This document shows positions 46,398 through 58,097 of a stretch of DNA of 64,000 bases, piece by piece. Source of the DNA: Parcubacteria group bacterium GW2011_GWA1_56_13. GTDB taxonomy: Bacteria; Patescibacteriota; Minisyncoccia; Phycocordibacterales; Phycocordibacteraceae. A program made the translations under genes and the position numbers. The stretch spans positions 115,577 through 179,576 of the forward strand of contig LCRY01000002.1 of the NCBI GenBank assembly GCA_001004905.1, in the 5' to 3' direction. The notes beneath the pieces are model-generated. The model worked only from the letters and a program-made list of their open reading frames with translations, was not told where the DNA came from and ran no database searches. How positions within the stretch are numbered: position 1 is the stretch's first letter; the number at the start of each line of letters is the position of its first letter.

Positions 46398-49172
46398 ATG
46401 GAGTCAACGCCGAAGTTGTCCACGCCCGAAGAGGAACTCGCGTATTTGCGCGAGCAAGTAACGCGTAAAGAGGCCGAGCTCGCCCTCCGACAGAGCTCAG
46501 AACAAGCCGGTGCGGAGCAGGCAACGATCATTTCGGAGACGGTTCGTGAACACCACGCGGCTCCCGCCGAGATACTCGCGCCGCAATACCGCATAAGCGA
46601 AGCGACGAAGAAGAGCGAAGCGGACGCGATACGCGCCGAACTCAACCTCGGCCGAAGCGAACAGGCGATACAGGGCCTCCAGCGGACGATGGAGGAAAAA
46701 GGGATAAAGAACGCGCTCGCAGTGCTTGAAAAGCTTCATGACCCGCACGTAACGGATGATTTTCATCGGTATCTCGTGCGCCATATCGCGGCAGGACTTC
46801 CGGCTCCCGGCGTTGATGAAAAAACACCCCGATTTCAGGCGCTCCGCATGACGCTGTACGAGATCGCCCTTCCAGGGGCAAAAAGCGTCGAAGCGCACGA
46901 GCGCGCAAAAACCCTGAAAGAGCTCATCTCCGGCATGGAGCAGTTCTATGCGGGACTTCTTTCGGTGAAAGACGCTTCGATGGGCGAGCCGCACTACTAT
47001 GCGCTTGAGCTCGCCGTGCCCGCCAACAGTCCCGAGCTCCAATTCTATGCGGCGGTGCCGAACGGGAAAAAGAATCTTTTTGAAAAGCAACTCCTTGCGG
47101 TATTTCCCGACGCGCATCTGGTGCCACAGACCTCCGATTACAATATCTTCGCTCCGGGCGGCACATCGCTCGCTTCCACCGCCCGTTTCGCGGAACATCC
47201 GGCACTCCCTTTAAAGGATTACACTGAGTTTGATTACGATCCGCTGAACACGATCACGAACGCATTCGCAAAAATAGAACAGGCGGGGGAGGGGGCGGCA
47301 CTCCAGATCATCATCGAGCCCCGCGCCGAGCGGCACGTGACGCATTATCGGAAAATACTTCACGCGCTTCGGAAGGGAGAGAAGCATACGGCGGCATTTT
47401 CGACGCCGGAGACGGCATTCGGCGAGATCGCGCGCGATATCGGCCGGACGCTCTTCCGGAGCAAGCCCAAAGACGAACAAAAGGCAAAAGAGGCCGAGAC
47501 GCGCCAGATCGAGGCGAACAAGACGCATATCGAGCAGGTGGAGAAAAAAATCGCCGCGCCCATCGTCGGTGCCACCATCCGGCTCGTTGCCTCCTCGAGC
47601 GATGCGCGTAAGGCGGAACAGGTGCTCGGCGAGCTCGAGGCGGCGTTCAATCAATTCGCCAATACGCAGGGAAATCGGCTCGAATTCGCACGCGCTACCC
47701 CGCGGCAGGCGCAGAGTGTTTTCGAGGATTTTTCCTTCCGCCTCCCGAATCTCTCTGCGCTCCCGCTCTCGCTTCGCGAGCTCACGACGCTCTACCATTT
47801 CCCGCCGTCGGGCATCGAAAGTTCGCCGCATTTGAGGCAGGCGCGCTTTACGCACGCCCCCGCGCCGCTTTCCTTACCGCATGCGGGCACTCTGCTTGGC
47901 GTGAACGTGTACCGCGGGGAGCGGACGGAGATCCGCATTGAACCGGAGGACCGCCTGCGCCATCTCTATATCATCGGTCAGACCGGCACCGGCAAGACGG
48001 GGCTCATGAAGTCAATGATCATCCAAGATATCGCCGCGGGCGAAGGATGCTGTTTCATTGACCCGCACGGCACCGACATTCTGGATATTCTCGCCTCTGT
48101 GCCGCCCGAACGTTACAAGGACGTCATTTATTTCGACCCCGCAGACCTGTCCCGCCCGTTCGGCCTCAACTTTCTGGAATACGACTTCTCGCGCCCGGAG
48201 CAGAAGACCTTCATCGTGAACGAGCTTCTGATGATATTTAAGCGGCTGTATGGCGACGTGCCGGAGAGCATGGGTCCGGCTTTCGAACAATACTTCCGCA
48301 ACGCGACCCAGCTCGTGATGGAAGACCCTGCGAGCGGTTCAACCATGCTCGACATTGCTCGCGTGCTTTCCAACGCAGAATTCCGGCGCCAGAAGCTTGC
48401 GAAAAGCATGAACCCAATCGTGAATCAGTTCTGGAACGAGATAGCGACGAAGGCCGGAGGCGAAGCGTCGCTCGAAAATATCGTGCCGTATATCACGAAC
48501 AAGTTCGACGACTTCACCGCGAACGACTTTATACGGCCCATCATCGGCCAGCAGGACTCGTCCTTCAAGTTCCGCGAGGTCATGGACACGAAGAAGATAC
48601 TGCTCGTCAATCTCTCCAAGGGACGCCTGGGTGAACGGAACGCGAACCTGCTCGGCCTCGTCATCGTGGGGAAGCTCTTCATGGCCGCGCTCTCTCGCGC
48701 CGACAATCCGCGCGCAGCGCATGCTCCGTTCTATCTCTACATAGACGAATTCCAGAACGTCACCACCGATTCTATTCCCGGAATCCTTTCGGAGGCACGC
48801 AAGTACAAGCTCGCTCTCACTCTTGCGCACCAGTTCCTCGCCCAGATAGAAGAGAGGGCGCGGGATGCCGTCTTCGGCAACGTTGGCAACATGGCGGTCT
48901 TCCGCGTTGGCGAAGAGGACGCTGAATTCTTCGCCAAGCAATTCGCGCCGGTCTTTGAGGCGCTCGATTTCGTCAATATCGAGAACCGCAGCGCATATAT
49001 GAGGATACTCGCGAAGGGCATTCCGCAGAAACCATTCGACCTAAGGACCGCCGATTTGCCCGCAGGAAATCCCACGCAAGTGGACGACCTTATCCAGCTT
49101 TCGTCACTCACGTACGGCCGCGACCATGCTACAGTTGAAAGCATGATACGAGAGCGTTATCTCTCGCATTAA
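46398..49172 (+). CDS. VirD4/TraD/HerA-like P-loop ATPase with a long N-terminal region
   Basis: Walker A RHLYIIGQTGTGKT, FIDPHG, Walker B LYIDEFQN, and ILSEARKYKLALTLAHQ. Confidence 0.88.
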   Translation: MESTPKLSTPEEELAYLREQVTRKEAELALRQSSEQAGAEQATIISETVREHHAAPAEILAPQYRISEATKKSEADAIRAELNLGRSEQAIQGLQRTMEEKGIKNALAVLEKLHDPHVTDDFHRYLVRHIAAGLPAPGVDEKTPRFQALRMTLYEIALPGAKSVEAHERAKTLKELISGMEQFYAGLLSVKDASMGEPHYYALELAVPANSPELQFYAAVPNGKKNLFEKQLLAVFPDAHLVPQTSDYNIFAPGGTSLASTARFAEHPALPLKDYTEFDYDPLNTITNAFAKIEQAGEGAALQIIIEPRAERHVTHYRKILHALRKGEKHTAAFSTPETAFGEIARDIGRTLFRSKPKDEQKAKEAETRQIEANKTHIEQVEKKIAAPIVGATIRLVASSSDARKAEQVLGELEAAFNQFANTQGNRLEFARATPRQAQSVFEDFSFRLPNLSALPLSLRELTTLYHFPPSGIESSPHLRQARFTHAPAPLSLPHAGTLLGVNVYRGERTEIRIEPEDRLRHLYIIGQTGTGKTGLMKSMIIQDIAAGEGCCFIDPHGTDILDILASVPPERYKDVIYFDPADLSRPFGLNFLEYDFSRPEQKTFIVNELLMIFKRLYGDVPESMGPAFEQYFRNATQLVMEDPASGSTMLDIARVLSNAEFRRQKLAKSMNPIVNQFWNEIATKAGGEASLENIVPYITNKFDDFTANDFIRPIIGQQDSSFKFREVMDTKKILLVNLSKGRLGERNANLLGLVIVGKLFMAALSRADNPRAAHAPFYLYIDEFQNVTTDSIPGILSEARKYKLALTLAHQFLAQIEERARDAVFGNVGNMAVFRVGEEDAEFFAKQFAPVFEALDFVNIENRSAYMRILAKGIPQKPFDLRTADLPAGNPTQVDDLIQLSSLTYGRDHATVESMIRERYLSH

Positions 49173-49176
49173 ACCT

Positions 49177-51687
49177 ATGGCCAAACAAGAACGGCCCCCC
49201 CGTAAAATCAAAAGAGGACCCGAGATGTCTCCTGCTGCGCCTAAGACCACGGTGGGCATTGCTTTGGAAGAAGCGATTAAGAAAAATGGCGGTTGGCACC
49301 CGAATGGGTCCGAGGATGAGGCGCAGGCGGAAGCGGTACGGCGGTGGGAAAACGAAGGAGGAAGGATAGTCGAGGAGCCGAAAACGGAGAAGCGGGCAGA
49401 ACAAGCGTCGGAGAACATAGAGGAATTTCGAGACCTTATACATAAGGCGATAGAAAATCCGCCGGAAACGCCTGCACCGAACCGATTTTCAGGACCCGCA
49501 GAGGCTGCCTATCGTGAACTTGCTGAAATTACGAGAAGAGCAGGGGTTAAACCGGAAGATTTGGATGAAAAAGTGTGGAAGGGTGCTAACGCGGCGCTGG
49601 ATAAGGTCAAAAGATTCGCTCAATTGCGCTCTGAAACGCAGGATAAGGAGAAAATAAAGCAGCTAGATGAGCGGATTCGACAGGCGACCGCCAGTTTGGT
49701 AAGTAGAAAAATGAGAGAGAAAATTGAAAAAGCAGCGCGAGAGACTCTAGAAAAAGAAAAATCGAAAGTAAAAACCGAGGTGGCGGGTGCTACAGATGCA
49801 ACTACAAAGGTCAACTCTAAGGCGGAGTCTGAGGCGCCACATCCGGAAGAAGACGGCGGCGACGCGGTGCCGCCTGAGCAGTCGAAGGCAGAACGGGAGA
49901 ATCTCTACGAACTTTACACGAGAAAGCAGAGGGAAAATGCCGCACCTGCTGACTCGATAGCGGCGGAACCGGCAACTCCCAAGTCAGCAGAACAACTGCA
50001 AGCCGAAAACGAGATGCTGCGGAGAATAGGAAAAAAGCTTTCCGCTACAGAGATGAGGGAGCCGACACAAGAGGAAGTCGGACACATGGCTGTCAGTCCG
50101 GAAGATGTTCCGGAACACATCCGGGAACGTCTCGCCGCCGAGGGCACGAGAAGCGAGATGGTCGAGCGTCTGAAAGGCGTAGTCCGAAGCGCGCAAGGGA
50201 AGCTGTACGAAGCGGGTGTTGCGGCGCAGGAAAAAATCGCGTGGTGGAAGAGCTCCGAAGAGCATCTTGTCCGGCGCTCGGCGGAATTGGATGCCGAGGC
50301 GGCGGAGATTGGCTGGGTGGAAAGCGAGTTCAGGAAATGGGGCGAGCGCTATAACAAAGTCGGCTGGAAGACGAAACTCGCTGTAGGCCTTGCTCTTGGT
50401 ATCGGAGCAGGACTTTCCGCACCTGTCTCGATGCCTATGGCCGCTGCTTGCCTGTTTGGCGTCGCAGCCCAGCGCATCCTCGGTCTCTCGACGATGTATC
50501 TGAAATACGAGAAGGTATTCCAAGATCAAAAATGGGGGAAGGAGCGTGCCATGCTGAATGCAATTGGATATTCCGCCCTCATGACCGCGGGCACGATGTA
50601 CGCGGTACAAAAAATCAGCGATGCCGACATAGTCAGCCGCGTCCGCGAATGGCTTGCCGATAAGCTGGGACACCAGACGCCGCCGAGGCCGGAAGTATCG
50701 CAGCCGATGGTTACAACGGGTACGGGTCCCGGTGCAGAGATACCGCCGCTCACCGTCCATGCGGCGCCCGGGCAAGGTTACGAGTACATGCTGCAGCGGA
50801 TGTGGGAACAGTTGCAGGACAAGGGCCTCGACCCGAACCGGTATCCCGAAGGCAGCGATATTCGGCAGCTGCTTGAAACGGCGCCGCAAGATATCGACAA
50901 GGTCGTGCATCAGCTTGCGAGCGACCCGAGCCATGGCTTCTTCAGGCCCGACGGCACAAGCGCGCCCATCGGAAAAGGCGATATTCTGGCGTTCAACACG
51001 GGCGGCCAGATACTGCACATAAACCCCGAAGGCGTGGCCGGCGTTCACGCGGCTATCGAAGCGCCTGTGCCGGTCTACCATCCGGAAGTTCCTACTCCCG
51101 CGTCCGCAGTGCCGCTTCCCGAACAGGTCGTCCCCGCGCAAGATCCGGTAGCGAACATAGACCTCACTCCCGGCCAACAGGCAGTACAAGAAGGAACGCA
51201 GGCCGCGGTCACCGCGGCCCCGCCCCCTGAAGCGATGCCGCGAGAGCCCGAACACATACTCTTGCGCGACAGCTCCGGCAACCCGGTCACCGACAGCTCC
51301 GGGAACCCGGTCCGCTCGCAATTCCCCGAACACGCCGCATCCATTGAGGCGCCTATTGCGAACGCCGAGGTCGTCTCAAATCAGTTCGGTCTCGCGATAC
51401 CGGTCACCGAACCGCATATCTACGGTGACGAGGGCGGACAGCAGATACTTGTGTACGGCGGGACGCCGCAAGAGCAGCTGAAGGCGATGCAGGACTTTCT
51501 CATAAAAAATCCGGGCAAAGTCGTTTTCGGCACCGATCCTTCCGGGAAATACCGCATTCCCTGGGGGCTCGTGGAAGGGGAATTATCGCCTATCGGCCAG
51601 CCAGTGCGCACGAGCGGCTTCTTCGGATTCTTTTCGTCCTTTATGGAAGCGCCCGGAGCGGATGAACTAAAGCAGCTTATTAAATAA
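49177..51687 (+). CDS. Large hypothetical protein (charged helical N-terminus, central hydrophobic segments, Pro-rich C-terminus)
   Basis: 836-aa ORF starting 4 bp after the ATPase. Contains a 24-bp tandem repeat encoding DSSGNPV at 51267-51312. Confidence 0.75.
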   Translation: MAKQERPPRKIKRGPEMSPAAPKTTVGIALEEAIKKNGGWHPNGSEDEAQAEAVRRWENEGGRIVEEPKTEKRAEQASENIEEFRDLIHKAIENPPETPAPNRFSGPAEAAYRELAEITRRAGVKPEDLDEKVWKGANAALDKVKRFAQLRSETQDKEKIKQLDERIRQATASLVSRKMREKIEKAARETLEKEKSKVKTEVAGATDATTKVNSKAESEAPHPEEDGGDAVPPEQSKAERENLYELYTRKQRENAAPADSIAAEPATPKSAEQLQAENEMLRRIGKKLSATEMREPTQEEVGHMAVSPEDVPEHIRERLAAEGTRSEMVERLKGVVRSAQGKLYEAGVAAQEKIAWWKSSEEHLVRRSAELDAEAAEIGWVESEFRKWGERYNKVGWKTKLAVGLALGIGAGLSAPVSMPMAAACLFGVAAQRILGLSTMYLKYEKVFQDQKWGKERAMLNAIGYSALMTAGTMYAVQKISDADIVSRVREWLADKLGHQTPPRPEVSQPMVTTGTGPGAEIPPLTVHAAPGQGYEYMLQRMWEQLQDKGLDPNRYPEGSDIRQLLETAPQDIDKVVHQLASDPSHGFFRPDGTSAPIGKGDILAFNTGGQILHINPEGVAGVHAAIEAPVPVYHPEVPTPASAVPLPEQVVPAQDPVANIDLTPGQQAVQEGTQAAVTAAPPPEAMPREPEHILLRDSSGNPVTDSSGNPVRSQFPEHAASIEAPIANAEVVSNQFGLAIPVTEPHIYGDEGGQQILVYGGTPQEQLKAMQDFLIKNPGKVVFGTDPSGKYRIPWGLVEGELSPIGQPVRTSGFFGFFSSFMEAPGADELKQLIK

Positions 51688-51695
51688 CGCATGCT

Positions 51696-52028
51696 ATGAT
51701 GACACCCATGCAGGATGAACTGACCGCCGCTATCGCCGCCGAACTCGGGATAGCGGGGCTTCCGAAGGAGCAGCAACAGACCTTGATAGGGGAGTTCGGC
51801 GAGGTCGCGCTCAAAGCCGCGACCTTGTCGGTCGTCGGCAAGCTTGCTCCGGAAAAGCGTGATGAGTTCGGGAAACTCGCGCAGGCGGGCGACGCAGGAG
51901 CGGTCAAAGCGTTCCTCGATAGGGAAGTCCCGGGCCATGAGGAAACTGCAAAAGCGGCTGTCGCCGAGGAGGTGAAGCGCTTTAAGGCCTTCCAGGTCGC
52001 AGATACTGACGCAGGAAGTACGCCGTAG
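51696..52028 (+). CDS. Small helical hypothetical protein (DUF5663-like)
   Basis: Pattern ELGIAGLPKEQQ..LI...FL..EVP. The family call is from recall. Confidence 0.65.
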   Translation: MMTPMQDELTAAIAAELGIAGLPKEQQQTLIGEFGEVALKAATLSVVGKLAPEKRDEFGKLAQAGDAGAVKAFLDREVPGHEETAKAAVAEEVKRFKAFQVADTDAGSTP

Positions 52029-52058
52029 TATACTTGCGCCATTAACCATTACCATACT

Positions 52059-52568
52059 ATGCAACCAACCCAAACCGGCATCGCAGTCGCACTTGCACTT
52101 GTCGTCGTTTCATTATTCTTTATCGTTCCCGGTCTTTGGCCATTCGGAGCAGTGACCGCTTCGAACGAAGCGGTTCTCGGAGCCAGCACGGAAACGGAAA
52201 CCACAACTACCATGCCAACCGAACCCGTGACAGAACTTATGGTGAAGGATGAGACCGTCGGCAGCGGCGCCGTTGCCGCCGTCGGAGACACCGTGACGGT
52301 GAATTATGTCGGCTCGCTTACGAACGGCACCGTCTTTGACGCTTCCGCGAACCACGGTTCCGCCGGCTTCACGTTCACGCTCGGAGCGGGACAGGTCATC
52401 AAGGGTTGGGACCAGGGTATCGCCGGCATGAAAGAGGGAGGGAAGCGCGTGCTCATTATTCCCGCGTCGCTCGCGTACGGCTCACAAGCGGTCGGGGATG
52501 CCATTCCGGCAAATTCCACCCTCGTTTTTGAAGTGGAACTCTTGAAGGTGCAGAAAGCGGCTCGATAG
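52059..52568 (+). CDS. FKBP-type peptidyl-prolyl isomerase
   Basis: Motifs VNYVGSLTNGTVFDAS, VIKGWDQG and IPANSTLVFEVEL. Confidence 0.95.
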   Translation: MQPTQTGIAVALALVVVSLFFIVPGLWPFGAVTASNEAVLGASTETETTTTMPTEPVTELMVKDETVGSGAVAAVGDTVTVNYVGSLTNGTVFDASANHGSAGFTFTLGAGQVIKGWDQGIAGMKEGGKRVLIIPASLAYGSQAVGDAIPANSTLVFEVELLKVQKAAR

Positions 52569-52607
52569 AGAGCAAAAAAATAAAAAAGCGGGCCTTGACG
52601 CCCGCGC

Positions 52608-53132
52608 CTACTGTCTGAGCACCCGCACCGAGGACATGAAGTTTGCCATCATGTTCTGGGAACAGTTCTCGAAACTGTACTTCTTGGAGCCGATGGAGCG
52701 GATGCCGGTGCCGACTCCCGAGGCAGCCGCCACCGTGCCGACGTACTCGGCGTACTCGTCCGGGATGGCGCGCGGGAATGCGTGCGCGCCGATTCCAGCG
52801 CCGATATACCCGAGGACGCCGTAGAGCGCCCCGTCAGAGACGACGGCGACCAGATTGCTCGGGTGGGTCGCGTCGGCGTAGATCCGGCATACGCGTTCCC
52901 CTTCGGCGATCGCGGCGAGCTGGTTTTGCGTCACCTCGCCCTTGACGAAGAAATTCATCGCCAACGCATCACCGTCGAGCATCCAGTTCGGGACCTGCTG
53001 GTCGTGGACCACCATCGTCCCGTTCTGGCCGTTTATATTAAACGGCACGCGTATGACCTTCCCGGGTCCGGCACACGCGCCGAGCAGCATACCGGTCGCC
53101 AAAATGGCGATCACCTTCAACTTTTTTCTCAT
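52608..53132 (-). CDS. Putative lipoprotein with a glycine-zipper-like segment
   Basis: Lipobox LLGAC after MRKK; Gly/Ala-rich hydrophobic helices. GGAGGT SD; TTGACA at 53211-53216. Confidence 0.65.
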   Translation of the reverse strand: MRKKLKVIAILATGMLLGACAGPGKVIRVPFNINGQNGTMVVHDQQVPNWMLDGDALAMNFFVKGEVTQNQLAAIAEGERVCRIYADATHPSNLVAVVSDGALYGVLGYIGAGIGAHAFPRAIPDEYAEYVGTVAAASGVGTGIRSIGSKKYSFENCSQNMMANFMSSVRVLRQ

Positions 53133-53246
53133 CCCAAAGACCTCCATTTCGGGACCAGCTCACAATGAGCCAGCCAACCGCTGAAACCATCTTACTCCAT
53201 TATTATGATTTGTCAATATATAGCGAATGCGGTACCGTGGCAGACA

Positions 53247-54464
53247 ATGAGCTCAATTCATTTCGCTGTCGAACAACGCGCGCCAATGGGCGGCGCGCGC
53301 GTAGGGACCCTCACCACGCCGCACGGCGTCATCCGGACGCCCACGTTCGCGCCAGTCGGAACGAAAGCGACCGTGAAGGGCATTTTACCCGAACAACTAA
53401 AAGCGCTCGGCGCCGAAGTGGTGCTTGCGAACACCTATCATCTCTACCTTCAGCCGGGCGAAACAATCGTGCGGGACGCCGGCGGACTCGGGAAATTCAT
53501 GGGCTGGACAGGTCCGACCATGACCGATTCGGGCGGCTTTCAGGTGTTCTCGCTCGGTGCCGCGTTCGGGAAAACCGTCTCGAAGTTCGTGAAGGAGGAT
53601 ACTCCGGCGGAAGAGTCGCTCGCCGTATACGACGAAAGCGTCGCAAGCCAGCATGGTCAGCTCGCAATCATTGACGACGAGGGCGTCTCCTTCACCTCGC
53701 ATCTCGACGGCTCGTTGCACCGCTTCACGCCGGAGCGGTCGGTCGAGATACAGCACGCGCTCGGCGCGGACATATTCTTCGCGTTCGACGAGTGCACATC
53801 GCCCACCGAACCATATGCATATCAAAAAGAGGCGATGGAACGCACGCATCGGTGGGCCGAGCGTAGTTTGAAGGCGCACCGGCAGAACCTCGATGCCGCG
53901 AAGCGTCAGGCCATCTTCGGCATCGTGCAGGGCGGCCGCCACGAGGACCTGCGAAGCGTATCCGCCAGCGAGATCTCATCGCTCGGATTCGATGGTATCG
54001 GCATCGGCGGCTCATTCAGCAAAGAAGACATGCGCGGCGCCCTTTCTGCCGCGGTTGCCGAACTTCCCGAGGAACTGCCTCGGCACTTTCTGGGCATCGG
54101 CGAGCCGGGCGATATTCTGGAAGGCATTGCGAACGGGATGGACCTTTTCGACTGCGTCGCGCCGACGCGGCTCGGCCGCCACGGCTCCATCTATACGAAA
54201 CACGGGCTCATCCATCTCAAGGGCGAACAATATCGCAGCGATTTTTCGCCACTTGATCCTGAGACGCCCGTCATTGGCGTGGAAGGATTCACGCGCGCCT
54301 ATGTTGCGCACCTCATTCGTGCCAAGGAAATGCTCGGCGCCGTCATCGCGTCCATGCACAATGTCGGCTTCATCCTCAACCTCGTTGCTGGCGCGCGCGA
54401 GGCCATTTGCAACGGCAATTTCGACGCATACCGAACAGAGTTCATTGCTCAATACCGGAAATAG
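53247..54464 (+). CDS. tgt: tRNA-guanine transglycosylase
   Basis: Motifs TPTFAPVGT, LANTYHL, TDSGGFQVFSL, FDEC, GIVQGG and DLFDCVAPTR. Confidence 0.95.
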   Translation: MSSIHFAVEQRAPMGGARVGTLTTPHGVIRTPTFAPVGTKATVKGILPEQLKALGAEVVLANTYHLYLQPGETIVRDAGGLGKFMGWTGPTMTDSGGFQVFSLGAAFGKTVSKFVKEDTPAEESLAVYDESVASQHGQLAIIDDEGVSFTSHLDGSLHRFTPERSVEIQHALGADIFFAFDECTSPTEPYAYQKEAMERTHRWAERSLKAHRQNLDAAKRQAIFGIVQGGRHEDLRSVSASEISSLGFDGIGIGGSFSKEDMRGALSAAVAELPEELPRHFLGIGEPGDILEGIANGMDLFDCVAPTRLGRHGSIYTKHGLIHLKGEQYRSDFSPLDPETPVIGVEGFTRAYVAHLIRAKEMLGAVIASMHNVGFILNLVAGAREAICNGNFDAYRTEFIAQYRK

Positions 54465-54506
54465 GCAACGGCCTGCATTTTGCAGGCCGCCCGTTTCGCC
54501 CCGGCG

Positions 54507-54710
54507 TCATTTGACCGCTGCGAGAAGCATTTCCTCCGCTTTTTCGCGCGGCACATTGAGAGCGAGCATGACACCCGCTACAGCTAGCCCATACAATTCA
54601 TGCGTATGGGCCTTGCCAAGCGGCTCGAATGCCGCGCCGGAAGTCGTCATGTAGTGGACACGACGGGCGACCTTTTCCTTGCTTGAGATCGATGCGGCAG
54701 TTACGGACAT
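54507..54710 (-). CDS. Small hypothetical protein
   Basis: GGGAGGG SD; minus-strand TTGACA at 54773-54778; hairpin downstream. Confidence 0.5.
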   Translation of the reverse strand: MSVTAASISSKEKVARRVHYMTTSGAAFEPLGKAHTHELYGLAVAGVMLALNVPREKAEEMLLAAVK

Positions 54711-54781
54711 ACACCCTCCCTTTCAGTATGTGTGCGAGGTGACCGCTTATACAGTATAGTGTAGAGTCCTTATGTCAAGGT

Positions 54782-56860
<2,079 letters not shown>

Positions 56861-56957
56861 GCTCGCGGCACTTCGGCCTAATCCCTGTCCACACTGGGCC
56901 GATGGACCTCGATAGCGCCGCGACGCCCATGCGCTACAATTGACGCAGTATTAATAT

Positions 56958-57448
56958 ATGCAAATTTCCTCACAAGAGCTGGCCCGATCACTTAAGATAC
57001 TCATCCTCGCGCTCGTTCTCGCTATTGCTCTTTCCGTCGGAACGGCATACGTTCGCGCATGGACAGGACCCACCGGCACCGCACCCTCCAACAACACGGC
57101 CCCGCCGATAAACACGAGCGCCACGGCACAGACGAAGGCGGGAGGTATCAATTTTCAGAACTACGCCCACTTCACCGGCTACGGCACCGATTCCTGGTCT
57201 ATCTCGACCCAAATAACACCAATAGGATGAATTACGTGGTGGCGGACAATCTCTACGTATACGGCACCGTCCGCGGCGGCAGTTATGGATTTGGAGGGAT
57301 GTACGTAGACGTAGATGGTTACTGCACTGGCATAAACGGCAGGGTCCTCAACCCATTTACGGGATGGTGTAGCTGTCCAGCAGGTTTTACTAGCGCGCTT
57401 CTTAACGTCAATCAGGGAAATAATCTTATCTATTATTGCTATAAGTGA
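56958..57448 (+). pseudogene. Adhesin/PilV-tip-like secreted protein split by a frameshift near 57199
   Basis: The N-terminal part (..AWTGPTGTAP..AQTKAGG..GTDSW) continues in another frame as YLDPNNTNRMNY..NPFTGWCSCPAGF..CYK. The paralog at 58098 has YLDPNGTSR in frame. Confidence 0.75.
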
Positions 57449-57567
57449 TTGAAGTCGGGTGTTCGTGAAATTTCAGGACGCTTTCGCGCCTATTCTTATC
57501 CACACAGTGACGATATGGTCGACACTGTAAGGGTATACAATTGAGCGCAGTGCAACCACCGTCCACC

Positions 57568-58095
57568 ATGAGAAAGGCGTTGCCGTTCGTCTTTATAGTC
57601 ATCGCTGTCGCTGCGGGGTGGCAGCTGGGCCGCTGGCAGGCCCTTGAATCGGCAAAAGCGCGCCTTGCGGCGTATCAGTTGCTGCCCGTTCCATTAGATT
57701 CTAAGAACGTTTTCGGCACCATCGCCGACATTGACGGAAGCACGCTTTCCATTCGCACCTCATACACGAATCCGCTCGAGGATGCGGCGAACATAGTCAG
57801 TGTTGCCATTACCGATTCCACGACTATTGAGGGAGTTGAGATGAAAACCCAGAAAGTGTTCGATGCCGAGATTCAGAATTTTGCAAAAACCGCAAAAACA
57901 AGTTCTACAACGCCATTATCACCACCCGAGCCGTTCTTGCGACAGGCGCTCAAAGCGTCCGACCTACTTGTTGGTCAGTCCGTATCGGTGATTACGGCGG
58001 AAAACGCGGTAGGCGCGCGGCGCGTCACGGCGGTCTCGATACTCGTCAGTGCGCAGCCACCCACTGCGGCCACGTCCACGACTAAGTCGGATTAG
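57568..58095 (+). CDS. Membrane-anchored hypothetical protein (OB-fold-like)
   Basis: N-terminal TM; pattern GTIADIDGSTLSI...SDLLVGQSVSV...AVSI. Confidence 0.65.
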   Translation: MRKALPFVFIVIAVAAGWQLGRWQALESAKARLAAYQLLPVPLDSKNVFGTIADIDGSTLSIRTSYTNPLEDAANIVSVAITDSTTIEGVEMKTQKVFDAEIQNFAKTAKTSSTTPLSPPEPFLRQALKASDLLVGQSVSVITAENAVGARRVTAVSILVSAQPPTAATSTTKSD

Positions 58096-58097
58096 CC

